Below, piece after piece: positions 1-14,160 of a DNA stretch of 64,000 nt; position 1 is the stretch's first letter; the number at the start of each line of letters is the position of its first letter. The notes below the pieces were generated by a model, which was given only the letters and a program-made list of their open reading frames with translations, was not told where the DNA came from and did not search any database. This stretch comes from Octopus vulgaris (Eukaryota): assembly GCA_951406725.2 (NCBI GenBank), contig OX597815.1, forward strand, positions 124,310,001 through 124,374,000, read 5' to 3'. The translations under genes and the position numbers were made by a program.

Positions 1-181
1 ATATATATATGTATGTATGTGTGTATGTATGTATGTATGTATATATATTATATATATATAAATACATATGTATATGTACATATATACATATATATATATG
101 TATATATGTGTATATACATATATATATATTCCCACTTTTGGGAGCTTCTAGATACCAGTACCTTTTATATACATACATACA

Positions 182-238
<57 letters not shown>

Positions 239-326
239 CAAAAGGATGTATTATAATACTATTCCACATATGCAAACCAGCCAAACCAGCAATCGAACAT
301 ATATATGTATATATATGTATATATAA
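1..326. repeat. (TA)n/(TATG)n compound microsatellite
   Basis: Directly visible. Confidence 0.9.
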
Positions 327-3149
327 GACTTCTTTCATGCATATATGTGCACAAATATAAATTCATACACACGATACACACACTAATAGGGAGGGAATAC
401 TACTTTAGGTTATAAGTTAGCAGCTTTGAAAGAAGTTCATCCGTGTGTGACATAGTTATCAAAGACGAGTTGTTTTGCAACTTAAGCCGTTTGCCAACTG
501 ATGCGAAACGAAAATCCTACATTATATCTCTTGAATGGTTTTTGGGTACCAACTAGCACAGGTTAGATTGCTTATGAAAAAAGAATACATGTACATATCA
601 CAAAGTGACACAAAATACTTTCAAAGAACATTCCTGAAATAGCATTCATAGAAACATATAAAAGTTAATAGATGAATTCTTCTCCTTTATTTCATTCGGC
701 GTTTCATACGATCAGTTATGCAAAATTCTCATGCAATATTTTTTATCGGTATATGATGAGATATGCTGATTTCTTCAGCAGTATTTTTACGAATTTGTTT
801 TAATCGTGGTGAAGCTTAAATATCTTAAGTTTTGCTCATAGATGTAATCTTAGTTTCAAATACTATCATCAATCAAGTGTAAAGCTAATAAAACAGGTGT
901 GCAGAGACTCATAGAAATGTTTCATTTTGAAGAGCTTCTCAGGTTTACAATTTCCTAGACACTCCTTTCTAAATGACTGATTCACTTTATTTCCCAGTGA
1001 GGAAATGTATATATAGGGCATATTGCCGACAATACGAAAGGAAATATTTGTATCCACGGGTTTTAATAATTCATACATATAATCAATTCATACAAATACT
1101 TGCGCGTGCACACACATACATACTCACCTCAGACATATGTCCAATAGCTTTTCATAAACTAGTTAGCCAAAAGAAAAAAGAAAGAAGCAAAATAGCTATA
1201 AAATGGAGTTTGATTCTATTCTTCATTTATGATTTGTAGGACCACTCTGTCAAGACAAGACCCAACTATACAAGGACACCTAGCTAAATGCAATTTATCG
1301 AATTGTCTCTTAACAACTTAGATGCCTAGAATCATAAATACAATTCAAGCTAATTATATGCATATTATAGTGTAGCAATATTTCTGTATTCATCATTTCA
1401 CGCCGCTTCCGCCTACGGCAGAAAGCACACTGGCATGAAATAGTTGCTTCCGCAGCTATTTCATGCCAGGAACTCAATCCACCCTTACAAAAATCAATTT
1501 GATCTATAGAGGGGTCCCTTTCTGACTCAGAACGGACCTTGGAGTAATGGTAATTGATAGGTGACTCTTCGCAACTCAAAAATCCAGAACTCAATCCTCA
1601 CTACAGGATGCAGTTTAATGTCCCTATTATTGTCAACGATCATGCCCACAACAGGGAAGAACAGAACTAACAACATTCTGCCAAAATGTGTTCTATATAA
1701 ATCTATAATCTAAAAGTATCTCTCCGAACAAGAAATAACTCTAATTCTGATTGATAACAAAGTAAAATAGTGGTCCAAAGTTCAAACCTTGGTATTCCAT
1801 CTTTAACTGCACCCAACAAGTTTTGTAACAAATATTTCGCACTTGATTTGAATGTCACATAGTTTGGCCCTTTGCCTATAAAGCAAGTGAAACGGAAGTG
1901 CATTTCGGCAAGATTCAAAAGATCAACCGATCATGGTTGTTCACTATTATCAAAATGATTAAATATGTGTGCAGATGCCACAATTTTGTATCGTAATCTA
2001 AACGCTTAAAGAATAAAAAGTTAATAGTAAATATTCAACAGAAATAGCGATCGCGGAATTATTTACTGATAGTTTGCTTCGCTGTAGCAGTAAATTTTTC
2101 TCTACAATTTTATCTTCGAAATAGACACGTCAAAACGGACTTGTCTGTTTTGAGCATGATACTCTTAGTATGCATTACTATGGTGCTCAGACCTATTTCT
2201 GATTGCTGATTACCTACTTCAAAAGGAATTGACCCGAGCTATTCAATAATATGAATGAAAACTATACTAATAATTACACGAACCGGCTCTATCTGAAACA
2301 GAAAGAGAGAGTAAGGGGCCAAAATCACTTTTCAAGTCAAATTTAGCGTGTGACATCTATTCATTAAAATAAATGTTTGAACAACAATTTAGTATATAAC
2401 TATGTAGAAGTCTAATTCTAATAATGAAGATATATAGTACGACCCAAAAGAGAGCTCGGATGACATAACTTTCGAAAGAATAAAATCTCTGTGAAACATT
2501 GAGAACATTTCATTGAAAACGAGCTTTCGATTTTGTATACTTACTTAACATTTGCATTTTACAACTTTGAATGGAATGAGAGTGTCCTGTAATCTTTTTG
2601 AGTCAATGAACCACGACGAACGACTTTTGAAGTTTCTGTCTATGAAAACCAGCACGACAGCTTAGCACAATGCACTGACTACATTCGAAAATTGCACGTA
2701 CAATATAGGGTTCACTGAAGTTGAATTATATAACAAGTTTCGAACCTGTTTTGTCACAAACTCCGTTCGCCGAGAACTTACCACCAATTTATTGCGATTG
2801 CATTTTACAAATTCATTTACAACAGTAAAATAAATGCAATAAACTGATTGAAAATAATTTCTCCCTTAGTTACGAGACTACAAATATGTGATGTTCTGGT
2901 TTTTCTCACGGCTGTTAGCGAAATAACAAAAATAAACTGTGTTTATCCTGGAATTGAAATCGGGTCAATTATTGGATTCAGTTATGCGAATAATAGCGAT
3001 TTCTTTAGTCTAGGAATGCACTTACACTGTTAAATCCACACTGCTAATTCGAGGAAAGTAAGAGTATAGGTAAAGTGAGATGACTCTGCAATGGGACATC
3101 GAAAGCGGGCGGCAAGCTCGCATTAATCTCATATATACATATACATATA

Positions 3150-3228
<79 letters not shown>

Positions 3229-4015
3229 TTTCTGAATTTGTGTCAATGTGTATAGAATAATATATCAGTTGAATAAAGCGAAGACATGGTCTAGTTTTCA
3301 CGTTTTTTATTATTGTATTTAAAAAAATTTACAACAAATACAGAACACTAATGTTCACCAGATTCCATTGAGGGAACATATAGAAACATGTGGTCAGAAA
3401 ATGTTCCTAATTTTACCTTTCCACAAACTACATGACGCAAGCGAGGTTGGAAGAAAGATAAAAGAAAAGCGTTTTATTAAAATGTTCGAACCTGTTCTGA
3501 ACGGAAATAACAACAATGATATAACAACCAGTTAATGATGTGGATTAAAAATATTTTCAACATATGAATATAAACAAATTATAGAAGACTCCTACCAATC
3601 GAAATAAAGCTATCGAAACCAAATTTACTCACTCATAAAACCATTACATGTAAACTGCAAGCTAATTGGTTAAAGTAAAGGTGTAATCTATGCCAGTAAT
3701 ATCGGTACGCCCGACAAACTGTGACGTTTAAGCTGCATGTGGATTGGTCAAAACCGTATTTCCAGAAATAAGCTTGTTAGAGACTTCTAAGAGGTATGAA
3801 AAGGAAGAAGTCAGTCATTTTACTACAGTTGTCAAGGACTCAACTATCAATTAAATGCATTTTGAAATCTGTTGATTACTACGAACGTATGAAAGCGCTA
3901 ATTGAACTTTATGAACATTAAAAAATATTTTTTTAATGTTTAACACGCTTCACCATTGTAAAAATTCTTTTTTAAATACAATAATAAAAAAAAAACATAT
4001 TTTAACTTCATTCAA

Positions 4016-4068
<53 letters not shown>

Positions 4069-4419
4069 GTATGTATGTATGTGTGTGTGCTATCTTATAG
4101 TTTTATGTACACATATTCATGTATAGAAAAGTTATTAATTGAAAGTAAAAGCAGCATCCATAAAAAATTAAATGACGGCTAGTATATTTTATACCTACAC
4201 ACACACACGTACACACACATACACACACACAAACAAACACACACACACTTATATAGACACACAGACCTATACTCATAATGGTATGTTTATGCAAATTCTA
4301 ACAAACACTAATCGTGACTGGAAATAAACGCAAGACTAACTTTCAAAAAGGAAAGGCGCAGTCGAATCAAATAAATATCTCAGTAGTAGTTCATTTTATC
4401 CTTAGTTTTAAGACATGCG

Positions 4420-4700
4420 TGCAATCGTGTAACTTAGTGATTTGAATGTTGGGCTCACGATCGTAGCGTTGGGTTGATTCCCAAACTAAGGATCTGGTAA
4501 CTGCGCCGTGTCGTTTGTAAGGCACTTAATTTTACGTTGCTCCAGTTTACTCAGCTGTAATGCGTACCATCTGGGTGTTGGACCACCCTCTTCTTCCAGC
4601 TGTTACATCCTAGATATTCCGTTGGGTGAAAGGTGGAAAATTCTCATAAGGTATCTATATATGCTAGCGACTACATAGGCACCTAAAACAATTAGCAAAA
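4420..4700 (+). mobile_element. Old tRNA-derived SINE with CORE/Meta-like central domain (related copies ~47145-47440 and ~60150-60285)
   Basis: All three loci share a tRNA-like head and variants of AAGGCACTTNATTTNANGTTGCTCCA. Confidence 0.55.
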
Positions 4701-7700
4701 TCATGGTACATCTTACCAAGTCATAGCCGTGAGTGAGTGACAACTGGTGGTACATATTTAACAGTAAAGTAGAATCTAGCTTAATTTGAACTCAAGTCTA
4801 GAAAAATGAGAAAATTACATATTTGAATGTTTTTAGCGAGATATTTTACTAACCAAGCTAAAGGATAAATATCTAGTATAAATTCGTATGTGTGCTGTGT
4901 GTATCACAAAACGAAAGTAAAATTTGAAAGAAATGTAAGTGAAAACACTGAAGTCAATACTCATTTATGTACGAAGGAAAATTTGATATGCTTATAAAAA
5001 AAAAAGATATAGGTATATATAAAAATTATATAGACACACACATATTCACACACTAAACACACATACACACACATGTACAGTGATATAATAGTGAAAGACG
5101 AAGAGATGCAGAAAAAATAGGTTGAGACAGACTGCACATCATTCAACAAACATGAGCATGTAGCATAGAATACACACTGGTACGTATATGTTTGCGCGCG
5201 CGTGCGTTTTATTTGTTTCAAGAACACATATACAACCAATTGATTGTACTCTGCCATTCCAAATGCAATGGTGACAATTTCTGCTCACATTTCTCTGGTC
5301 TTATAACTCACAGAAATTGAGCTTAAAAAGACCGGCGGTCAGCTGAAGCACACTATGAATACTTCTCTCTTGGCCAGTTTTATCTACTGATGTCCAGAGT
5401 AGGAAATTTAGATGGAATTGGCTTTATGGTAAAAACGAAGAATGAAAACAAAACTTTCGCTGAATATATTGTGTTTAATCAAAGCATTATTCACAAGTAC
5501 CAGATGTGGCAATCAATGAACTTCATTCGGATCAATTTATACTTTTATTATTTTGTGTAGCATAAATTACTCAACGCATGCATCTATTTTCGCCAAAATT
5601 ATTTGTATGAATTGTACTCTGATTCGTCATCATTTCAAGACAGTTATATATTTGTATATATTGCTCTCTGTTATCAAACCTGAACTTCCAGCCTCTTTGT
5701 AAATATGCGGCATTGTCCCTCTAACACCAAAAGAGATCTCTGCTTCTGGTGGGATGGTTATTCACATTAATTGACTTACACAAATGTCGCATCATGGGCC
5801 TTTCATCTTATGCACGTTAAGTCATTTTAATAATCAATTAATGTATGAAACAACATTTTCTGCTCACAATTAATTTTCCCATCCGTAGGACCGTGATTAG
5901 GCTACTATATTTAAAAAGGCCTATTGGGGGATAAAGCAGATCAACTGCGTCCGCCATAGTGAAATCAAAAATAAAACAATAACACGTCCTTCTACTTAAA
6001 ACAGAAACTAAATATCGCCCTTAAAAATTTAAAAGGATCTTAATTTCACGGTGTTACTATTCAGGATGTTTCGCTGCAACAGGCAATCATTTCCACTGTC
6101 TAAGTGTAGTCTTTATTCACCTATATAATGACTTAGTAAGGGACATCGTAATATATTTGTGTGATTGAATTATTGAAAAGTTGAAAATGTATTGATGCCA
6201 TTTTTTACCGTTTTAAAATCTTCGTCATTCATTTTTGTACGTAGATTGCTGTCATCACAATTAGTTCCTAGATAGTTCTAGAATATACTTTAGTCACTGA
6301 AAACTCTTGCTTTCTATTTAAAGGCTATATATTTTAGTCATTGCGAGTTTTTCCTTTTTGTTTAAAGTTCCTAAGTGACCAAGTGCTGTCATCTGTCAGC
6401 AGTGTCGAGAGCATTTAATCAGCCACTTGGTTTCGCCATCGTCATCAAGTGGAAAAGATCACATGAATGTGCTCAAGAAACAAAAGCAGAAGACAACCGC
6501 ATATGTCAATTCATGCCGGAAGTAGAACCTGTTTTGGTAAGGGATGCCAATGTGTTAAATTGAACCTATATTCATCCGCTGACAAACGTTTCTCACACAC
6601 TTTTGTAATAATGTTGACAGTGGATAGATATCTCAAGTGGAGAATCTAATATTGGTGAGCGTTTAGAACATCCGATTTCAAATTTATTTCAAAACGTGAA
6701 CAAGTGGTTATTTCCAGTCTCCACAATTAAGATTTTTAATGTATATGCAATTTAGGGATTCAATACCAATGTACTTCTTTCACGCCTTCGCAAATTGTAT
6801 GCAAAATACCCCCTTAAACTTCAGTTTAAAAATTTTGCGGTAAAGTTATTTTGAGCCTGGACAGGAAAAGTGAGAGCATTTGCGACCGGAGAAAGTAAAA
6901 AATAAAAAAGAAGTGGACGCGTTGAGCATCACAAAAAAAAGGAAAATAAACAATTATTGATGAGGCAATGAAATTAGTGAAGTGGGTAATTGGATGCCGT
7001 AGCGAGACTGATGTTCATAAATGAGTTCATATCACACTCCATACAATTTTAATGATCTGAACATTTAGAATAAAATTGTTTTACATGTTAAAACATAATA
7101 TAAATGGAGAGTAAGCCCATATAATCGAAATCTTGGGTTTTATGATACTTTTTCAAAATACATAATATTACCACATTAAATTCCTTTGTTTTACTAACGT
7201 TAAAGCAATTATTGCAGATATTGTTTCAATTTTAATAAGGCTTAATTAATATAGATATTTTCTTAGAAGATGCATTTTGATTCGTTATTATTGATACTGG
7301 ATTCATCAATTTTCAAAGCATGGAAGACAAAATCTTATTAAATTTATATTCTACATAAGAAGAATTGTCTTTTTTTCAAGTGAAGATTTCTATCTGCTTT
7401 GAATATTAATCAGCAATATTTACTCTGCAGTATTCATTTATAGTAATTCTTCTTATTGTTTTTATAAGTTCCAGGACCGACACGAATTAAATGGTTTACC
7501 ATCAGAAATATAAAACAGGCTGCATTGAAACTTTACGACTATTAAGGACTATTTAGTAGATGTTATGTGTTATAAGATCCGAGCTTGCTGAATTTTGATA
7601 AATGCTAAAGCTAAATGAAGTCAAGTTATGCAACATACAGTCATTAAGGATCTGCAATGGGCGTGAACCAATTAAAGGCAATTTGAATTAGTTTCAGTGG

Positions 7701-8649
7701 AAGAAAACATCAGTCAGCATGAAAATTGATTGCTTATCTTATTCCTTTGGTTTGGGGAATATAATCCCGAGAAACAAAAAAGGATGTTGTTATCTTCTTT
7801 TCAAGACAAGTGCAGTGATGTTTCAAGGAAATTTGAGCAAGTTATTTTGTATAAAAGTACGAGTGCGCAAGTTTTTCTTAAAAAATGTTAAATCAACGCT
7901 AGAATTTGTCAGATTTCAAAATGATTTAAAAGCTTTTTACAGATACTAAACAGTTTCCCCATAAAAGTGAATTCAGCACAATGTAATATACAGTTTCCCA
8001 AATACCGCAGGTCTCAAATTTACTGTGGCTATCGACCTACAAATTATTGGGTCATTGGGACACCATAGAAGACTATCTTTGTTTAGTATCTAGTCAACTA
8101 TACAAATGGACGATGTTTACGCGTCTGTACTCACACATGCACATTATATATATACGTATAGGGGTGAGTGCATATCTGTGTATATAGATAATCATTTCTT
8201 TCGCTTGCGCAGTAGGTCATGATATGTGGGGACTTCTTCAGACTAGTGAAGCAATCAAAAAGCTATTATTTATCATTATCAGGTTCATGAATACAGAATC
8301 CTGTGAGACGAATTGATTAAAAATGATAAAAGGTTTTAACACAAATGCTTTCTAACTTGCAATGTAGTACAATAAGATATCGTGGGTATTTTTGACATTA
8401 ACAAAAAGTACGCAAATATATAAACAATAAGGATACTAGATATTCTTGATTTACTTCAGGATAGCTTCACTTTAGGGGTTCGAGATATTGCACATTAAAT
8501 CTATCTCTGTGTACGAGTAGATTAACAGTTCGACAATCACTAAATATGCACAAACACACAAATACATACACAATTATACACACGTTTGTCTCTCTGTATA
8601 GATAAATATAAATTTGTGCGTGTGTGCGTATGTGTGTGTGTGTGTGTGT

Positions 8650-8688
<39 letters not shown>

Positions 8689-9159
8689 CACTTTCATATT
8701 ATTATTATATTCTACCTTATGAAGCGCTTAATTATAATATGGTGCATGTTTATTGAATATCTCATATTTGGAAGAAAGTAATGAAATTATTTTCCCTATA
8801 TCATTTGCTAACGCTTTCTTAATTGAAGGTGGATGGTTACTCTTAGCATTAATATATATCAGGTTTTCGTTAATTTTATGGTAGGGTAGGGTTATACCTG
8901 TTATTAAGTTAAAATTTACATCTAAGTAATTAACATTGCTATTTTCGTTATAAATTGTAATCCTAAGCCCATTTCTTTAAAAAAAACCTATATATTTTCT
9001 TCTTATATATTTCCAATTCGTGCGAATTTTCGTTATTAGCAGGAGGTCATCTCTATATAATCCACCCTCCAGTTTAAGATTTCCTAATTGGAGTTCTGCT
9101 AATAAGTAAATCCCTACTAGGTTTTAACGTTCTAGCATACATCTGTTGTTTACAACAGT

Positions 9160-9800
9160 GCTAGGAAGGAATGTGTGTAGCGTTTGATCGTCGCATTGAC
9201 CATGACAGAGAAAGTTGCCATGTTGATACCTGATCAGAGGACTACGCAAAGTTACAGAGAGTGTGTGGATAGGAGTATATGAGCTACACACAAGTATACG
9301 AGTGATTCAGACGTTTCCAAGATAGCCGAAAAAATGTCGATATAGCCGAACTTCCGAGAGACCTGCAATCAGCAGAACTGAGAAAAACATCACAGATATG
9401 CGTGCAGCTGTGAAGGAAAATCGTCGAATCACCATCCGCGAGTTATCAGAGGATGTGAAGATTAGTTACGGTTTATTCAGTCCATTATCACTGAAGATTT
9501 GGGTATGAGATGCGTGTCTGCCACGTTTGCGCCAAAACTGCTTTCAGTTGACCCAAAAAGACACTCGGGTTTCAGTTGCACAAGATCTCCTTGATTGTAT
9601 CGAGGAAGATGAAAAGTTTTTGAAGACTTTGCGTAGGCCTCTGAGCAGGTATCACCAAGCTTTTGGCAAAACTTTATACAGATTCTCTGCTCAACTTACT
9701 CTGTCATGGTCAATGTGACGATCACATCTTCCTTTCAAGCACTGCTGTAAACAGCGGAAGTGAGCTAGAATCTAGATCTTAGTGCGCATGCACAGAGTTC
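9160..9800 (+). mobile_element. Mariner transposase fossil (HTH region, internally deleted)
   Basis: RFQDSRKNV, MRAAVKENRRITIRELSEDVKISYG, and EDLGMRCVSATFAPKLLSVD..RVSVAQDLL (degenerate WVPKLL linker). The catalytic domain is absent. Confidence 0.75.
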
Positions 9801-11025
9801 ACATTCAACATTTCACAATAGACAACTTTTCCATTTTTGACATTTTTTCCAATTTTATAATTTGTCCTTTTTCTGAATTAAATGTAATAAATTTTGATGA
9901 ATAATATTACTTTTAAGATAAGATCAACTTACTATCAGGGTTTTAGGTTTTAGGGTCTAGGGTTGCGCTCAGCGTTTAGAGTTATTCACAGAGGGTGAAA
10001 TAAACGAAACAAAACTCATGCATTTGGCATATTTTTTGTGGGGTTGGTTGAGTTAGGATTTGCACTCCGACCTCATAAAGCCCTCACTAGCAATGAGTTG
10101 GAGGGTTGTCACCTGAATGGCGAAAAGTTGTCACTCGCCAGGTGCAAGTAATCGATGACAAATAGTGGATGCAGCGATTCGCTGTAAGACAGTGCATGCC
10201 CCACTATCTGTAACTGTTATATACATTCGTAATTTTCAACGTATAAAACTTAGAAATCCACAAAAAATTTCTAAATAATCAAAAATTAGAAAGGCATAGT
10301 GGGGATATGCTTATTGCACAATTCTGCCATATATATTATGGATATATTAGATATATCAGATAGATAGCATGGATATATATGGATACATCGACTGGATATA
10401 TTATATAAATAAACAAGCTGAATTGATACTCCTTCAGTAATTAGAATAACAGTGGTGTTATTTTCCTATACAGTGGGGTTTTGAAAAGGAAATACAGTTT
10501 TAAAGAAATGAATATATCTGTTACAGTGTTCGAAGTAATAAAATTTTGCAGATTTACGATTATTTTCATTTAAAAAATGTACTACCAACCATAGGGCACC
10601 GTCAGGAGTTATTTATAAATCTATATCTGTGCATTCATATAAGTATGTATCTGTGTGTGTGTGCGTGCGCACGCGCATGCATATATAAAATCAATGATTA
10701 TAAATGCATACATGTGTATAAGTTTATGAGTAGTATTACCTCTTTCGAACAGAAGGTATATGTTTCTTGTCTGCCATTACCTCCAGTCTCCAGTCACACA
10801 AAATACATACACAAAGATGATTTCCACACACAAATTCAATTGGGCAAACATGCATACGCTCATACGCATACACACACGCGCGCGCGCGCACGTACACAAG
10901 CGTGAGAGTAAAATTCATAATTATAAAGTATATTTTAATGATGACAATTATTTTGACTCATCACCACTAGACATTTACCTACACGTTTACGTATACACGC
11001 ACACGAATGCAAACACACACACACA

Positions 11026-11088
<63 letters not shown>

Positions 11089-12198
11089 TATATGCATGTG
11101 TTTGTACTTGTTCGTGTAACTATAAGCCCCTCCGCACACATACACACTCATACTCCCACGATTATAATTGATATGAATCAAGACATTATTTCGCGGGTGG
11201 TGGTAAACGATGGAAAAAAGTAGAGAAGGAAGTTTGCCATTGATTTATAGCGTCAAATCTAATTTTCTCTGTGCCATTTTAAAAACAATTGCCGTCTAGT
11301 TTATGTGCGAAATTACTGAATCATTACTCGTTGCTCATTCTTAACTTCCCATGGAAACTATGGTTTCTTCTTAGATTTCACTTAAGTTTTCAGCCGGTTG
11401 TTTGAAAAGACTTCAACAAAAGTGGTGGTGTCGAAAGGTGAGGTGAAGTATTGAACAAAACCAACGACTAGTTTCTATTCCCCAGCGATCGGGATTAAAC
11501 TTTCGAATGTATACGTCAACAGGCTTTAACAATTCATCATCTGGTTTTTGACATTCGGTATATTATTTATTCTATTGAGAATCTGTTGTGGAATACTGAA
11601 ACAGTCAACTAGTTTTCTCATCTCTAAGTGTGTACTTTGGACATGTCTTCTATCATAGCCTTGAGCAGAGCAATGCCTTGCGAGTGGTATTGGTAGACGG
11701 ACATTGGTGGAAGCCCAGTGTATGTGTATGTACGTATGCATACATATGTAAAAATTAACACTTCCATCTCCAAGCCTCGAAACCGAATCTAAGAATTCTC
11801 GGTCGTCCAAACCACGACGATCAACAGGCGCGAAAAAAGGTTTTTCTTCTCCTGTCAAAAATTGATTGATCATTTCCCTTTGACTTACGACCTCAGCCAA
11901 GTCAGGCGAAGTTCAAATGGACAGGAGCTGACCTATTTAGGTACAAACTCTGCTGCAGTATGTCTGTCTTTCTAGCTGCCACGTTTATTATAAATACGCT
12001 GGTCAACAGAGACGAAAGAGAGAAAATCCCTGCAGGCATCGATGAAGGTCGACCACACAACAGGTTTTGAATGACCGCACAGAATTTTCGAAGTGCTACG
12101 ATAGACTACTGTCTCAAATGAACTACGCACACACACAAACATATTCATTCCTGATATATGACTTCAACAAATGTACCCTGTATATATTTCTAGCAACT

Positions 12199-12365
12199 TG
12201 TAGCAGTTGTCAACATTTGTATGTACCTATAACAAATCAAGTCCAGTGAATAAATCATTTTTAATTATGGATCGGTTTACGCATTTGTTTACTTTAAAGG
12301 CATACACATTCCATTTGCATCTGTTTTCCATGAAACTCTCCTAACCACTACATTTGGTGACCCCG
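12199..12365 (+). mobile_element. Short LTR (~154 bp) followed by a tRNA-Trp primer-binding site; truncated LTR retrotransposon
   Basis: TGTAG at 12199 and CTACA ending at 12352 form inverted termini, with internal AATAAA near 12248. Two nt later comes TGGTGACCCCG (12355-12365), complementary to the 3' end of eukaryotic tRNA-Trp. Confidence 0.6.
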
Positions 12366-12675
12366 TCAACGATTTGCGGCCTTCCCTTGAACCAGCTTCA
12401 CCAACCGAACTGCATCTGGTAAATGAAAACAATTTTATTTACTGCGGTTGAATTTTCCTTTTCGGCACTAACATCGTTGTCACGGTCGCTGCTGCTGTCG
12501 TTGTGTTGATGACATTGTTATGGCCGCCCATGAAATTTCTTGTGTGTATGCTTGTGTGTGTGTATGGGTTCGCACTTTATATAGTTACATTTATGTATTT
12601 TATCTATCTCTATGTCTTATTAATCTCAGGTATGTGACAAATATATATTTACGTATTTATATATATTTATTCATT

Positions 12676-12714
<39 letters not shown>

Positions 12715-13263
12715 AAGACACACATATATAAATGTGTATATATACCTACATGTACATGCATATATGCTCACACAATACACACACAAACAGACATGCACAA
12801 AAATACACATATACATACATACATACATGCATGTATGCATACATACATACGTACATACATACATACATACATGCATACATACATACACGAACACATACTT
12901 ATATGAGGCGAATTGGCACAGTCGTTAACAAGCCGGATAGAACTGCCTCGTTATGTTCGTTTTGACTTTTAGCTATCCTCAAATTCAAATTTTTGTCTTT
13001 TTGGAGTCGATAGAGAAGTACCAGACCAGCAATTAAATACATTCTTCTCTCTGCTTATTTTCTCGCAATTTTCTTGTTCTGGAGGGAACCGGCTCTGGAT
13101 AGACATGGAGAGAGATGAGTGCCACTAAATTCGGATGTCAAATACTAGCCATATTTAACGAATGCTCCTCAGTGATACCATCGTAATCCATGCACACATA
13201 CATACATACATACATACATACATACATACATACATACATACATACATACATACATACATACAT

Positions 13264-13811
13264 GGTGGCTGCCCCCTCGTTATCGAGTATGGTCATTCCA
13301 CGAAGCTTAATCAATGTTGTTATCGTGCAATGCCTGTGCAAGAAGAATTTTTTTAAAGTGAGGAAAGGCTGTGCACTGAATCAATCCCACTAAGCAACAG
13401 CAGCCATAATCCGAAAAGAAGAACAAGTCAACATCATTGGTAACCACTGAGCCACAGATTTTATGTCAGAGTTATCCCAGTTACCTGAGTTACCTTCTCC
13501 TAGAAGGATGCCCTAACAAAGGCTAGGAGTCCTTCACTCCCAATGGTTTCATCGCGCGATCGGGTATTCAGTCCTATTATTTCTATGTCCCCGCGCATGA
13601 TACGGCCTTAAGACATTTATTGGATGGCCGTTTACTCTCAAGAGTTCATCCGCCCTTTGACGGGTTTTGTATTTCATCCTGCAGGGTGTCCAATAAACAC
13701 CCTCCTCACCAAGCAAGCTTGGTGGGGTTGCCGGTTTAGTCACCGACGATCCGACCATGCAACAGGTTGTACTGGGTTATATGTTACCAGCAGCACTCGA
13801 AGGTGACCTGA
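13264..13811 (-). mobile_element. Non-autonomous RTE-related retroposon inserted in a (CATA)n microsatellite
   Basis: A ~550-bp GC-richer unit flanked on both sides by (CATA)n. Minus-strand CTAGGAGAAGGTAACTC resembles RTE 5'UTR motifs, and it has a (TATG)n tail. No ORF. Confidence 0.45.
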
Positions 13812-13996
13812 CATACATACATACATACATACATACATACATACATACATACATACATACATACATACATACATACATACACGCATATACACACACGTGT
13901 TATAATAAAGTCATTATTTAAAAGCAAGTTTAAGAATAACAGCGGAACATTTACTGAGATGCCTCTCCGCTGAAGGTATTTGTTGATTCTGTCTGT

Positions 13997-14036
<40 letters not shown>

Positions 14037-14160
14037 TATGTGTATGTGTGTGTGTGTGTGTGTGTGCATGCGTGTTTATGAGGGAGAGGGGGTGAAGAGA
14101 GAAACTTTTCTGTTAAATATATATCCTTGGTATTTGACAATAATGTAAATATATACTTAC

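Noticed and set aside
9937-9985. TTAGGG-like motifs
   Set aside because: Too short and degenerate to be an interstitial telomere.
11526-11900. 124-aa minus-strand ORF as a possible downstream collagen exon
   Set aside because: No TSPN-terminal or Gly-X-Y motifs, no convincing splice sites, and it runs through a SINE fragment.
13735-13808. Possible HDV-like ribozyme (P1 GGUCACC/GGUGACU)
   Set aside because: No P3/L3, no GG after P1 and no catalytic J4/2 motif were found.
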